This document shows positions 18,833 through 29,200 of a stretch of DNA of 64,000 bases, piece after piece. The notes beneath the pieces were generated by a model. It saw nothing but the letters and a program-made list of their open reading frames with translations. It had not been told where the DNA came from and searched no databases. Source of the stretch: Cellvibrionaceae bacterium (GTDB taxonomy: Bacteria > Pseudomonadota > Gammaproteobacteria > Pseudomonadales > Cellvibrionaceae); the NCBI GenBank assembly GCA_034112445.1, contig JAWUVI010000021.1, positions 12,815 to 76,814 of the forward strand. Direction: 5' to 3'. The position numbers and the translations under genes are program-made. How positions within the stretch are numbered: the first letter of the stretch is position 1; each line of letters opens with the position of its first letter.

Positions 18833-20969
18833 TAAACTGCTCCAAAAAGCTGCGTCTGACGCTGCGATAAACGCGCCAAAAAATAGGTTCTTCGATCAAG
18901 TTAAATTTAACAAAAAATCTCTCTTCAACACGCTCAAGTAAAGATTCATCCGTCACCACACGAACCAAAACAAAATTCTCAACCGCCGTAGGGGCATCTG
19001 ATTTACTCGGATCAATGACTAAATCACCGCCAGCTTCAGTCGATAAAATAACACTGGGCAACTCCTTGGTTACCTGTGGAGTAACATTGAGCATCTGCGC
19101 ATTAAATTCAACTTGGCGATCAGAAGCAGGCCGAACATCTATAGAGTTTGTATCTGCTAGAACTTGCTCTGCCAAGCCCTCAGGAATAAGAACTTTAAGG
19201 GTTAGCTTATCGTCAGCTGACAACACGTAACCAACCAATTCACCACGTTTAAGAAAGCCACCTTGAAAGGAATCGATTTTAGACAAAACTACCTTACCAG
19301 GAGATAAACTGGTTACTTTGGTTTGTTCAAGGTGGGTTTGAATTTCGTAGTGTTCGCGCTCTAATCGTTTTTTCTCTTCTTTGATCAATAAAAATTTAGC
19401 TCGATCGGCATAAGAGGCTTGAAGTCTTGCCTCTGTAGCTTGTAGTTGAGCGTTCAACACCGCTAACTTGTCTTCAAGCTCATAGTTCTTCAAGTTGATA
19501 AGAGTTTCACCTATAGCAACCTGCTCACCACTTTTTTTCACTATGCTATCAATAAAACCAGACTCACCCGCATACAAACGTTGTTTTTCATTCACCCACG
19601 AAACTCCTGAAACAGTAACACTATAGGGCAAGGGAATTTCAAACAACAATATCCAGAAGCTCGCCGTCACGATAACCATAACCATGATTGGATTTCGCTT
19701 GGATGTTTTAAATTCATTATCGGTAAAAGGTTTGCTCACCGTTTTTGAAAACGGCATTAACCAGCCAGAGGTAAAAGCCCATATAGCCAAAAGAATACCG
19801 AGGATAAAGTATTTCTGACCAACAAATATAATAATGGATATCGAAATAAATAAACGATAAGCAAAGGCGAACATATTGTAGAAGAAGAGCCAATAAGCTT
19901 CGCGTATATCCACCGCTGGACTCATGACAGATTTAATATTGAACATATAGCGTTTACATAAATACCCCCAATAAGACGTCGCCTTTTTGGCCAAATTGGG
20001 GATTTCTAAATAATCTGACAAAGCAAAATAGGCATCAAACTTTAGCAGCGGATTACCATTAAATAGCAGCGTTGAGATACCCGCCATAAAAACAATATTG
20101 AACAGTAAGGCTTTTAAAAATCCAGCCTCTGAAATATTCCAAATAATCAATGCTACCGCGGCAATGAACAGCTCAACGATCACGCCTGAAGCCGACACCA
20201 TAATCCGCTGATATTTACTGGCAAAACTGGCCGACTCTGACGCGTTCACATAAGGCATGGGGAAAAATACCAAAAACATAACGCCCACTTCCGAGACTTG
20301 ACCGCCATAGTAGCGTACACAAAACGCATGCCCCAGTTCGTGCAAAATCTTGATCAATGGATATAAAAACCACAACAGTAGTAAATTTTCTGCGGCTAAA
20401 ACACGATCCGATAAATTGGACGTCAACGCCTCATAATTTTGTGCCGCAATAACCAACGCGTAAGTAATGAATAATCCATAAACTAACCATAAGCGCCAAT
20501 TAATAAAACGCTCTAATACGGGACACAATTTATCCAGTAATTTAGTAGGATCAAATAGAGGGAGTTGAAGAGACATGGGAGACTGCACTTTTTGCAGCCG
20601 CTTTTTATCGCTTTTACTTTGTTTACGATGGAATAAATCCTTAGCATTAGCCGGAATATTCAGATGAATCATATCGGCTTGATGCAACGATGTTATTAAA
20701 GTCACCACCTCATCTTGAGTCGGCATATCTTTTTCAAGCTGATTGCCAGACTCTTCCCACATTTCATTAAGGGTGTGCTGACCATCCATCATGCCAATCA
20801 ATAAATAGGCGTGAGATGAAAAGAGTTGAACCGTACCAGAAATGGTATCGCGTAAAACGTACCAACGTTCATTGCGGTGAATCTGTGATGAGATATCGAT
20901 TTGGACTTTGAGTTTAGGTTTCAGGTTTTCAACCCGGTACCAATTTTTACTGAAGACAGATACTGACAT
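18825..20969 (-). CDS. Polytopic M50 (site-2-protease-like) zinc metalloprotease fused to a C-terminal HlyD-like adaptor domain
   Basis: HExxH in a TM helix (ILHELGHAFCVRYYGG) and a downstream N-x-x-P-x-x-x-x-D motif (FNGNPLLKFDAYF). There are several TM helices. The C-terminal part has barrel-sandwich and coiled-coil character (SGFIDSIVKKSGEQVAIGETLINL ... SLSPGKVVL). The N-terminal ~90 aa (NWYRVENLKP...WYVLRD...LIGMMDGQHTLNEMW) resembles a PqqD-like peptide-binding domain. The ORF track extends to a TTG at 21005. The ATG at 20969 (MSVSVFSKNWYRV) lies 4 nt after the upstream stop and looks the more likely start. Confidence 0.75.
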   Translation of the reverse strand: MSVSVFSKNWYRVENLKPKLKVQIDISSQIHRNERWYVLRDTISGTVQLFSSHAYLLIGMMDGQHTLNEMWEESGNQLEKDMPTQDEVVTLITSLHQADMIHLNIPANAKDLFHRKQSKSDKKRLQKVQSPMSLQLPLFDPTKLLDKLCPVLERFINWRLWLVYGLFITYALVIAAQNYEALTSNLSDRVLAAENLLLLWFLYPLIKILHELGHAFCVRYYGGQVSEVGVMFLVFFPMPYVNASESASFASKYQRIMVSASGVIVELFIAAVALIIWNISEAGFLKALLFNIVFMAGISTLLFNGNPLLKFDAYFALSDYLEIPNLAKKATSYWGYLCKRYMFNIKSVMSPAVDIREAYWLFFYNMFAFAYRLFISISIIIFVGQKYFILGILLAIWAFTSGWLMPFSKTVSKPFTDNEFKTSKRNPIMVMVIVTASFWILLFEIPLPYSVTVSGVSWVNEKQRLYAGESGFIDSIVKKSGEQVAIGETLINLKNYELEDKLAVLNAQLQATEARLQASYADRAKFLLIKEEKKRLEREHYEIQTHLEQTKVTSLSPGKVVLSKIDSFQGGFLKRGELVGYVLSADDKLTLKVLIPEGLAEQVLADTNSIDVRPASDRQVEFNAQMLNVTPQVTKELPSVILSTEAGGDLVIDPSKSDAPTAVENFVLVRVVTDESLLERVEERFFVKFNLIEEPIFWRVYRSVRRSFLEQFNV

Positions 20970-20973
20970 AAAC

Positions 20974-22839
20974 CTAGCCCCAGAAAGACCACAGTTTAAG
21001 AGCAAGCCACTTTCTTAAATCGTGAGTCCAAATATCTATCAGCAGGCGCCGGTCTACAAACACCTTACCTACCCCCACCATGCCCGGTCTAAAGGCAACC
21101 TCATTGGAGTCAAAACCGGCCTCTACACGGTAAAAGGTACTTTTGTCCTTCACTTCAGTTATGGGCGTGATTTTTTCAATGGTGAACTTGAACTCCTGAC
21201 TCGACAGAGATGAAAACAACACATGACCTTGCTGTTCAAGCTCAACGTCTAAGATTTTATATTCACTGACAAATAAGATAAGTCGATAATCATTTAGCGG
21301 CGAGATTTGATACAGCTCTTCACCTTGATTCACCGAACCACCAACTCTCTTACTTAAATCCCCGGCCACGACCAAAGAATCAAACGGAGCCTTAAGAATG
21401 GAGCGTTCCAGTTGACTCGTGGTAACCGCTAATTGTGCTCTCGACTGTGCCATTTTGGCGTACAGTATTTGCGCTTTTGAACGATCATAAGCCGCCATCG
21501 ACTCATTGTATTCTTTATTATCTTGCTCTATTTGGCTTAACCATTTGATTCTTTCGAGGCGTAAATCACGATCCTCCATGGCTAACAATTCGCTACCTTG
21601 TTGAACTTGATCACCGGCACTGACTTCAACCGATTTAATAAAGCCATTATAAGGAGCAGAAACGATTCTTATTTGTCTGGGTTCTAAAGTGACATCGGCA
21701 TTGACCGTATAACCCCCTTCAACCACAGAGAAAAAGACTAAAGCAAAGACAGAAACAATTAAGAATATTTTTCTTTTAAGGTAGCCCGGCGCTAACATCC
21801 GCTCTAGTTGTTTACGCGACTGTTTAGCTATATGAGTAAATAGGGAAACTTGAGCTTGTTTCTTTTCATTAAGAGCCAACCCAACCAAAGAGGTTGTAGC
21901 TTCTATAAAATTAATATCGTGCTCTATAAAAGGTTGTTCCGCTGTTCTTTCAAACAACGCCATCGCGTATATATCATCATCTTTAACCAGTGGAATAATG
22001 AGTATCTGAGAGTTGTGATGACTGAATGATAATTTTTCAGTGTTGTGACAGATAATGTTTTTATCATCGATTAAAGGCCACCGAATTATAGAGCGCTGAT
22101 CAAATGATTCCTGCATCGCTGCGCGCATTTTCTTAGCCGATACCGAACGTAAATCATTATCGGTACTGCCTGATATTACGGCCAGTTTTATCTGTTGGTG
22201 TTTAACAAAACCGAAACTAACGCGTTCACAAGAGAAAACCTTGGCTAAATTATCAGCCCACTGGAGTGCAGACTCGTGCCATTCATCAGCTTTAGTGACC
22301 GACAGATAGCCATCGAGTGTAATATTTTGACGTTTTACTAATGCGGCCTGTTGCTGCCCTGCAGACGATTGATAAAAAAGCTCAACCCACAAACACAGCC
22401 ACTCTAGGCGTGACATGAAGGTTTCTATTTCTTCGGCTTTCGTTAATATCACTCGACATGAAAAAACCGCTTTAATCTCAACGCCTAACTTAATTGGATA
22501 GGCAACGCCATAGACACCGTGTTCATCCTGTGGGATAACAATCGGGGACTGACTATGTGCGGCTTCATCAATAAGATCACCCAATAAATTGGTTAGCTCA
22601 GGATCTTGAATCGAAGCGGCAACAGGCTTAAGTCGACTGGAACTGTCGTCAGCGGTTAATAGTGCATCCGTTATACCACTGGTTTCTTGTAGGCAGTATT
22701 CCAGCCAAACCTCGTACCAATCCGCATCTTTTGCCGATTGATTTAATTGATCAAGGGTGATGTGAGACCTGCCAGAAAACGACTCAACGGAAATGACTGA
22801 ATCGTCGTTATTCTGAGTTAATGAAGTATCTATATTCAC
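20974..22839 (-). CDS. Cytoplasmic GAF-like sensor region, single TM helix and periplasmic HlyD-family adaptor
   Basis: 621 aa with a GTG start. The N-terminal ~340 aa has GAF-like patterns (VSFGFVKHQQIKLAVISGS ... LIIPLVKDDDIYAMALFER). TM helix IFLIVSVFALVFFSVVEGG. It then has HlyD features (APYNGFIKSVEVSAGDQVQQGSELLAM, a long coiled-coil, ILKAPFDSLV, GEELYQISP). Confidence 0.7.
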   Translation of the reverse strand: MNIDTSLTQNNDDSVISVESFSGRSHITLDQLNQSAKDADWYEVWLEYCLQETSGITDALLTADDSSSRLKPVAASIQDPELTNLLGDLIDEAAHSQSPIVIPQDEHGVYGVAYPIKLGVEIKAVFSCRVILTKAEEIETFMSRLEWLCLWVELFYQSSAGQQQAALVKRQNITLDGYLSVTKADEWHESALQWADNLAKVFSCERVSFGFVKHQQIKLAVISGSTDNDLRSVSAKKMRAAMQESFDQRSIIRWPLIDDKNIICHNTEKLSFSHHNSQILIIPLVKDDDIYAMALFERTAEQPFIEHDINFIEATTSLVGLALNEKKQAQVSLFTHIAKQSRKQLERMLAPGYLKRKIFLIVSVFALVFFSVVEGGYTVNADVTLEPRQIRIVSAPYNGFIKSVEVSAGDQVQQGSELLAMEDRDLRLERIKWLSQIEQDNKEYNESMAAYDRSKAQILYAKMAQSRAQLAVTTSQLERSILKAPFDSLVVAGDLSKRVGGSVNQGEELYQISPLNDYRLILFVSEYKILDVELEQQGHVLFSSLSSQEFKFTIEKITPITEVKDKSTFYRVEAGFDSNEVAFRPGMVGVGKVFVDRRLLIDIWTHDLRKWLALKLWSFWG

Positions 22840-22911
22840 GCAGGCTCATTACTTATTATTGGGTTGATGTATATTTATGTCGACGTAAAAGCACCTCTAC
22901 TAGAAAGTGTT

Positions 22912-23199
22912 TTATTCGGCGTTATCACCAATAGCACCAAAGCGGTTCTCATACTCATCGACTACTTTACCCAACAACAAACTCAAACGTTTGGCCGCAT
23001 ACGGGTTTAAAATAATACGATCAGAAAGGTTAATCGCCACTTCTTTCTGGCCCGTATGCCATGTCTGATTGGTTCCAAACAATAATGTGACTTCCTCACG
23101 AGTACTCGACACATTACACACATTCGCATACGAACTGCGCATTTGTGAATCATTCCACGTTAATTTTGGTGTGTTTTGCGCCTGCTTTTTATCGGTCAT
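22912..23199 (-). CDS. Small cytoplasmic protein, DUF3467-like
   Basis: 95 aa with an AAGGA Shine-Dalgarno upstream. Pattern SSYANVCNVSSTREEVTLLFG...RIILNPYAAKRLSLLLGKVVDEYENRFGAI matches my recollection of the DUF3467 family. No signal peptide. It lies immediately downstream of the giant gene (42-nt gap). Confidence 0.6.
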   Translation of the reverse strand: MTDKKQAQNTPKLTWNDSQMRSSYANVCNVSSTREEVTLLFGTNQTWHTGQKEVAINLSDRIILNPYAAKRLSLLLGKVVDEYENRFGAIGDNAE

Positions 23200-23241
23200 T
23201 GTTCATCCTTAATTTATAGTGTGTTAATTGTTTTGTTTGGT

Positions 23242-26200
23242 TTATTTACTCGTCTTACGACGAACTAGCTCACCATCACTCCAAGTAAACAGATTCTGCT
23301 CTTTGGCTTTTTGTGTCATTAATTCTTCTGAATTCTCAACACTGTAGCTCTGTTTGTTTTGGGTTTTCTGGCGAACTTGCCAGCCACGTCGCATGGCAGC
23401 CAAAGATATTACACCCAAGATAGCTTCAGCTCCACGACTAACACCTGAATTGTCATCGGAGTCAACGTTCGATACCTTCATCGTCGCATCATCCTCAGCT
23501 TTCTCTTGTGGAATTGGGTTGCCATCTTCATCAAGAAGCACACAGCCTTCCGGTATAATTGGATCGCCGTTTTCATCAAGTTCAACTTCAATGGGCTCGC
23601 CGTTTTCATCGACAACTTGAACGTCACATGAGACCTCAGACTCACCAGTATCTTCAGTTTCTTCACCAGCCGCCGTAGCCGGTAAGCTCTGTAAAAAGTC
23701 TTGCAGAGAATCATTAGCCGATGCGCCTTCACTTCCCGTACCCACTCGTACCAGCAATAAATTACTGCTGTGGATATTGGTGGTGAATTCGCCCGCTACT
23801 TGATAAACGTCTGACCAATCCAAGTCCAACTCAATGGCGAAGGCGCTGTAGTATTGCCCCTGAGTCGCACCGATTAATTCAAGCGATGCTGGATCCGTAG
23901 AAATCAGTACACCACCAACGGTTTGAGTAAAGCGACCATAACCACCCAAGGCGATATCTTCTATGAAGTTGGCCTCAAACAAATCACTCTCGTGTCCGCC
24001 AAGTAACCAATCAAATCCTTCACCACCATCAATGGTATCGGCGCCACCTTTTAACGGATCGATCGTATCAGCAAAGAACTGGCCGACTTGATCGTAACCG
24101 ATGATGCCGAAATCACCGAAGATGATGTCATTACCAGCGTCACCATAAAGTTCATCTTCGGCGCCGCCACCCATAATCCAGTCGTTGTCATCGCCACCAT
24201 GAACCACATCCTGACCGCCTTGGTCAGGCAAGGTGGTTACCATTTCAACAAAGACATCATTCTGGAAGGTCATTTCACCGCTGTCAGCCAAGACCATATC
24301 GTCCCCGGCACCTGCATCAACGGTATCGTCATCAAGGCCAGCAATAATACGATCCTTACCGGCACCTGAGTCGATTGAATCATCACCCGTAGTACTTGGG
24401 TCTGAATCAGTTGAGGCTAAGCGAGACGCTATGCCATTGGTGTATTCAATGATGCCGTTATCACCAAAGATGTCATCGTCACCACCGGTGGTAGTAATCG
24501 TGTCATCGCCCTGACCTGCCAGGATGGTGTTGTCTCCGCCAGTGCTGCGAATTATGTCCTTACCGCCATTGATGAGATCAGTGTTCTCGATGGTTTCAAT
24601 AACACCGGCTGAATCGTAATTAATCTCGCCGTTGTCACCAATGACGCGATCATTGCCTGTGCCCGTATCCACGGTATCACTACCTTGGCCTGCAATAACG
24701 GTGTTATCACCTTCGCCTGCATCAATAACGTCATCACCACCTAGGTCGGTTACCGTACTGGTGGCGCGAGTTAAAATTGCGTCAACATAGATAAGTTCAC
24801 CGCTGTCAGCTAACACAACATCGTTACCAGAGCTCGTGGTGATTTGGTCGTTATCTAGACCGGCAATAATACGATTATTACCAATACCCGCATTAATAAT
24901 GTCGTCGCCTGTAGTGGACTCATCAACATCAATGGAAACCAAGCGAGAAGCAACACCAGTGGTGTATTCAATTAAGCCGTTATCACCAAATATGTCATCA
25001 TCGCCATCGAGTGTAGTAACCGTGTCGTTACCTTGACCAGCAATAATAACGTTACCGCCATGGCCAGCGGTAATAACGTCATTGGCGCCATTAACAATAG
25101 ATGTACTGCTCAGACGATCAATAACTCCCGCTGTTGTCCAAATCATTTCGCCGCTATCGCCAATGATATGATTAGAACCCGCACCGGCTGTTACTGTATC
25201 TTCACCATTACCGGCGATGATCCAACCAGTAACGTCCGTTAATGTAATTTGATCATTACCGCCTTCAGTCTCAACTGTAGAGACCATGCGGGTAACAACA
25301 TCATTAACCACTTCTATTTGACCATTATCAGCTAAGACATGAGCCGTTCCAGCATCAACGGTAACAACATCATCACCGAGTCCAGCTAATACGCGATTAT
25401 TACCATCCGTTACCGTAATCGTATCTATTGATGCTGTAGCAGGCGTTATATCCGAAGTTTGTAGTAGAACAGCCAAGCCATTTGCATCGAAGTCAATAGA
25501 GCCATTGTCACCTATAAGATTATTGGTGCCGCTAGCATTAATCGTGTCCTCACCAAAGCCAGCAATAACACTGTTAACGCCAGTGCCGCCGACGGTAATA
25601 TCATCCGCGCCACCATTACCGGAGACATCGGATTCAATTCGCGAAATAACGCTACCGTTGTAAGTAATTGTACCTAGATCACCAATAACGACATTGCTGC
25701 CAAGGCTATCGATAACCGTGTCATTGCCTAATCCAGCAATGATTCGATCATCGCCTTCATTGCCCATTATGTAGTCATTACCCATAACACTGGTGCTATG
25801 CGATTGAATCGTAATAGCCATGGTGCTGGTGATTTCATCGGCAAACAATGGCGTCGCAGTACCATCGCTATTATCAGTAACTACGCCCTCATCGCCAAGG
25901 ATGATGTCAACACCTTCACCGCCGTATAAGTAGTCATCACTCGCACTACCAATAATCAAGTCATTACCAATTTGGCCATGGATACGTGTCGCCAAAGTTG
26001 AGCCACTGGCATTAACTGTATCGTCTCCATCTTGGCCAAAAATATCTAAGCGACGCGCTCCGGTATCGCCGCCAGTATTAAGAACGTCATGAGAGATGAC
26101 GTCAGTGACTGTGCTGGTAATACGATCGCTGCCTTCATTGCCATAAAGCGTGGTAACGCTAACATCCGAGCCTGTCACATCTTCAAAATAAACACCGGTG

Positions 26201-29200
26201 ACAGCAATAACATCAGCGCCTTGGCTAGCCCAAATAACCAGGTCGTTATTGTAATTTCCAGCGGTTGCGGTGTAAGTAATATCAGCTACGGCCATGCCAA
26301 CCATACGACCATTACTCAAAGTGGCGGTATCGGCTACTAGGCTGTCGAAATCACTGACGTACAGTGAGTTAGCATCAGCGCCGGCATCGATATTTAATAA
26401 GCCATTTATGCCATCTAAAGTACCGTGTGCCACGCCTATATTAGATAAATCACCATTAGCATCACTGGTGATATCTATTCGATCTTCACCGGCGTGCGTA
26501 TTGATATTAGTAACTGTGTTGCTGTTAGTTGATTGAACATTAATAACGTCAGCCGCAGAACCCGTATCAATATTGAGTGTGTCGACACCGTAATAGTTAA
26601 TACCGTTAGTGCGAGTTTCAAGCGAAGCATCACCAGCAGCAACGGTTAATGAAGCTGTTTCATGCTCACCTTGGAAGCTAATCAACCAACCCTCAGCGAT
26701 TTTAATCAAACCGAAGTTATTGGTATGCGGTAAAGCATCATTACTGTTATTTGGGTTCAGAATAAGAGTCAACGCATCTCTAAGAGCTTTTTCATCATCA
26801 ACTTCATTTCCAAGCCAATATTCAGCCCAATCGATATTGGTTGTGCCTAGCTCTTTGGGGCCCAGACCTTCAGGGTCAATTCCAATCACGGTTAATTGAT
26901 AATTACTGGTGCCATCAACTGTTAGAATCTGAGTGTTTCCTGCAACGCTAATAGGTGAACCATCACGTAGCGTGGTGATACGTGCATCGACAGAAATATC
27001 ATCCGCTGCGAACAGACCTGTTGTCGTAGGATCAATATCGACAGTCATTTGTGGAATATTAACACCCGACATTTCACCACCAAAGGTGATGCTGTATAGG
27101 TTGCCACTGGCTGATACTTCTCTTTCAACCGTAATGCCTTGCATATTGGTCATTTCTAGAAGAGTACCAAAGTGATTATTGAGTGCCATTGCCATGTCGT
27201 CAGAACTGATACCGTAGGCCATTGTGGCTATACCGTAATCAACCCCAAAGTTCATCCCGAAAGTTCCACCAGCGGCACGAATGGCTAACTGCTGTTTCTC
27301 CGCTAACGAAGGCATATCCAAACCAATCAAACTGGTGCGTCGAACTTGCAACTCATTGCTGACCTCATCACCAGAGTCATCAACATTAAGGATGTCTCCA
27401 ATATTATCGCCATCCGTTAGATCCGCTTCACCCATATCAATGGTCAGTAAGGCGGCAATTTCATCGGCCAACTGCTCATTACTGCGAACGGTAATAACAT
27501 CATCGCCCGCTTCAGTATTGATACTCGTCACACCTGAAACGGTTTTGACTAGAACATCGTCATCACCTTTACCGGTGGTGATGTTGGTTGCTCCCTCGTG
27601 AGTCGATTCAATGATGACCTGATCGATACCATGACCAAGGTCAAGACTCAGTATTTCAAGGCCTTCATAATGAATACCACCAGTAATATCAGTACCCGCA
27701 ATGGTCACATCATCGCCCATACCTAAGCCGTAAACGCGGCTTTCCGTTATGGTGACGCTTTCATCGGCCGGGCTATTACCGTTGTATATATTCAATACAT
27801 CCACTTGGACAGCTTCATCCACTCGGGTATTGAGGTTTACCGGACGAATAAAGTATGAGTCGGTAGGCAGTATGGTCATGTCCTCCGGTAGATCTAAGGT
27901 CAAGGTCGTTAAGTCTTCAGAAATACCCAATATATCGACAACGGTGAGTAGTTCGCCATTGCGCATGATGGATATTTCATAAGGATTATTCTCAATACGA
28001 GGATCAAAACCATCGGCAAATTCGTTGGATTCAGGATCCCAATGTTCAGCATTTGAATCACTAAATTCATTGCCTGAGACAAAGGTAATTAAACCGTCTT
28101 CTGGGAATAAATTAGTTTCCAGAGGAAGCATGACAGGATTATTGAGTTTGTAATCCGCTCCAATTTGTTCTCCGCCGTTTATAAATACTGGGCCACGTAT
28201 TTGATTAACTCGCTCTGAGCCAGGCGCAAATACTTTGACATCACCTCCATCAATGACCAAATCGTTAAAGGCTTGGACATCTATGGTGCGAATGTCACTC
28301 CAATCTCCGGCAGCTCCAGACGTAAATACTTCACTAGAAACAATTCCAGAATTTAAAATCACCTGAACCTCAGGGTCGAGTTCAGCGGCGTCGGTGAAGA
28401 CTAAATCACCGTTATAGGTTCTGGTTTCAACACCGGCAAAATCAACGGTCACGTCGGCATCTGGAGCACCCGAAAGAACCATGAAGTAATTGTCATCTTG
28501 CCAGTTTGGTGAGGTGTTATAGTCCAGATATTTATCCGCTACATCATAAGTGATTTCATAACGATCACCTTTGTTAATAACGATATCGGTACGATCTAGA
28601 GTAAACGTATCCGACTCTACGTCATAGAATGCAATGGTCGAAGATTCACCCGCATCTACACCCGACAACATAGTCAACGTCATACCTTTCAAATCAACAA
28701 AGTCTTCATCAAGACCATGCCCATCAAGAGAGATATTCAGTTGATAACTGTCAGTCATCCCCTGCTCCCATGTACTCGAATAAAGTACGTTATAGTCAGA
28801 GGTCGTGGTGGAGCTATAGGCCGCTAAATGGATGGCCTCAGGATCAAAGATGTCACCATTCAATTCATAATCGTATACATAGCTGGTTGTTATCACGTTA
28901 GCCGAACGGGAATAGTTAACTTCATAACCTACTTCAACACTGTAAAATCCAGCCGTATCAAACAATAACAACAGCATTGGATCATTGATGTCGGTACTAC
29001 CAACATCCAACTCGTCACTTAAATCCATTATTTCACTATTAGGAATGAGCACTCGGCTCTCGCCAGTTCCCTGATAGATTTTCAAATAAGGAACATAACT
29101 CGCTGTATAGGTAGTAGTGGTGTTTATCTGTTGAATGGTAAGTTCATCAAGATAATCAACAACTTGAGATCCCCAAAAGGTGTCTACCGTTTTAGTGTTA

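Noticed and set aside
18672-18941. 89-aa plus-strand ORF spanning the junction between the M50-HlyD and SecA-like genes.
   Set aside because: It lies antisense to the overlapping stop/start junction (ATGTTTAA) of two well-supported minus-strand genes. Its short GATGTTGACCTTA duplication is explained as the coding repeat STSVRSTSL in the SecA-like N-terminus.
23923-25785. Whether the regular nucleotide repeats at the 3' end of the giant gene, and the tandem repeats at 11033-11132 and 61928-61988, are CRISPR arrays.
   Set aside because: The repeats are contiguous, with no unique spacers of 25-40 bp. Unit lengths are 15-18 bp or about 171 bp. Most are in-frame coding repeats, and no cas genes are present.
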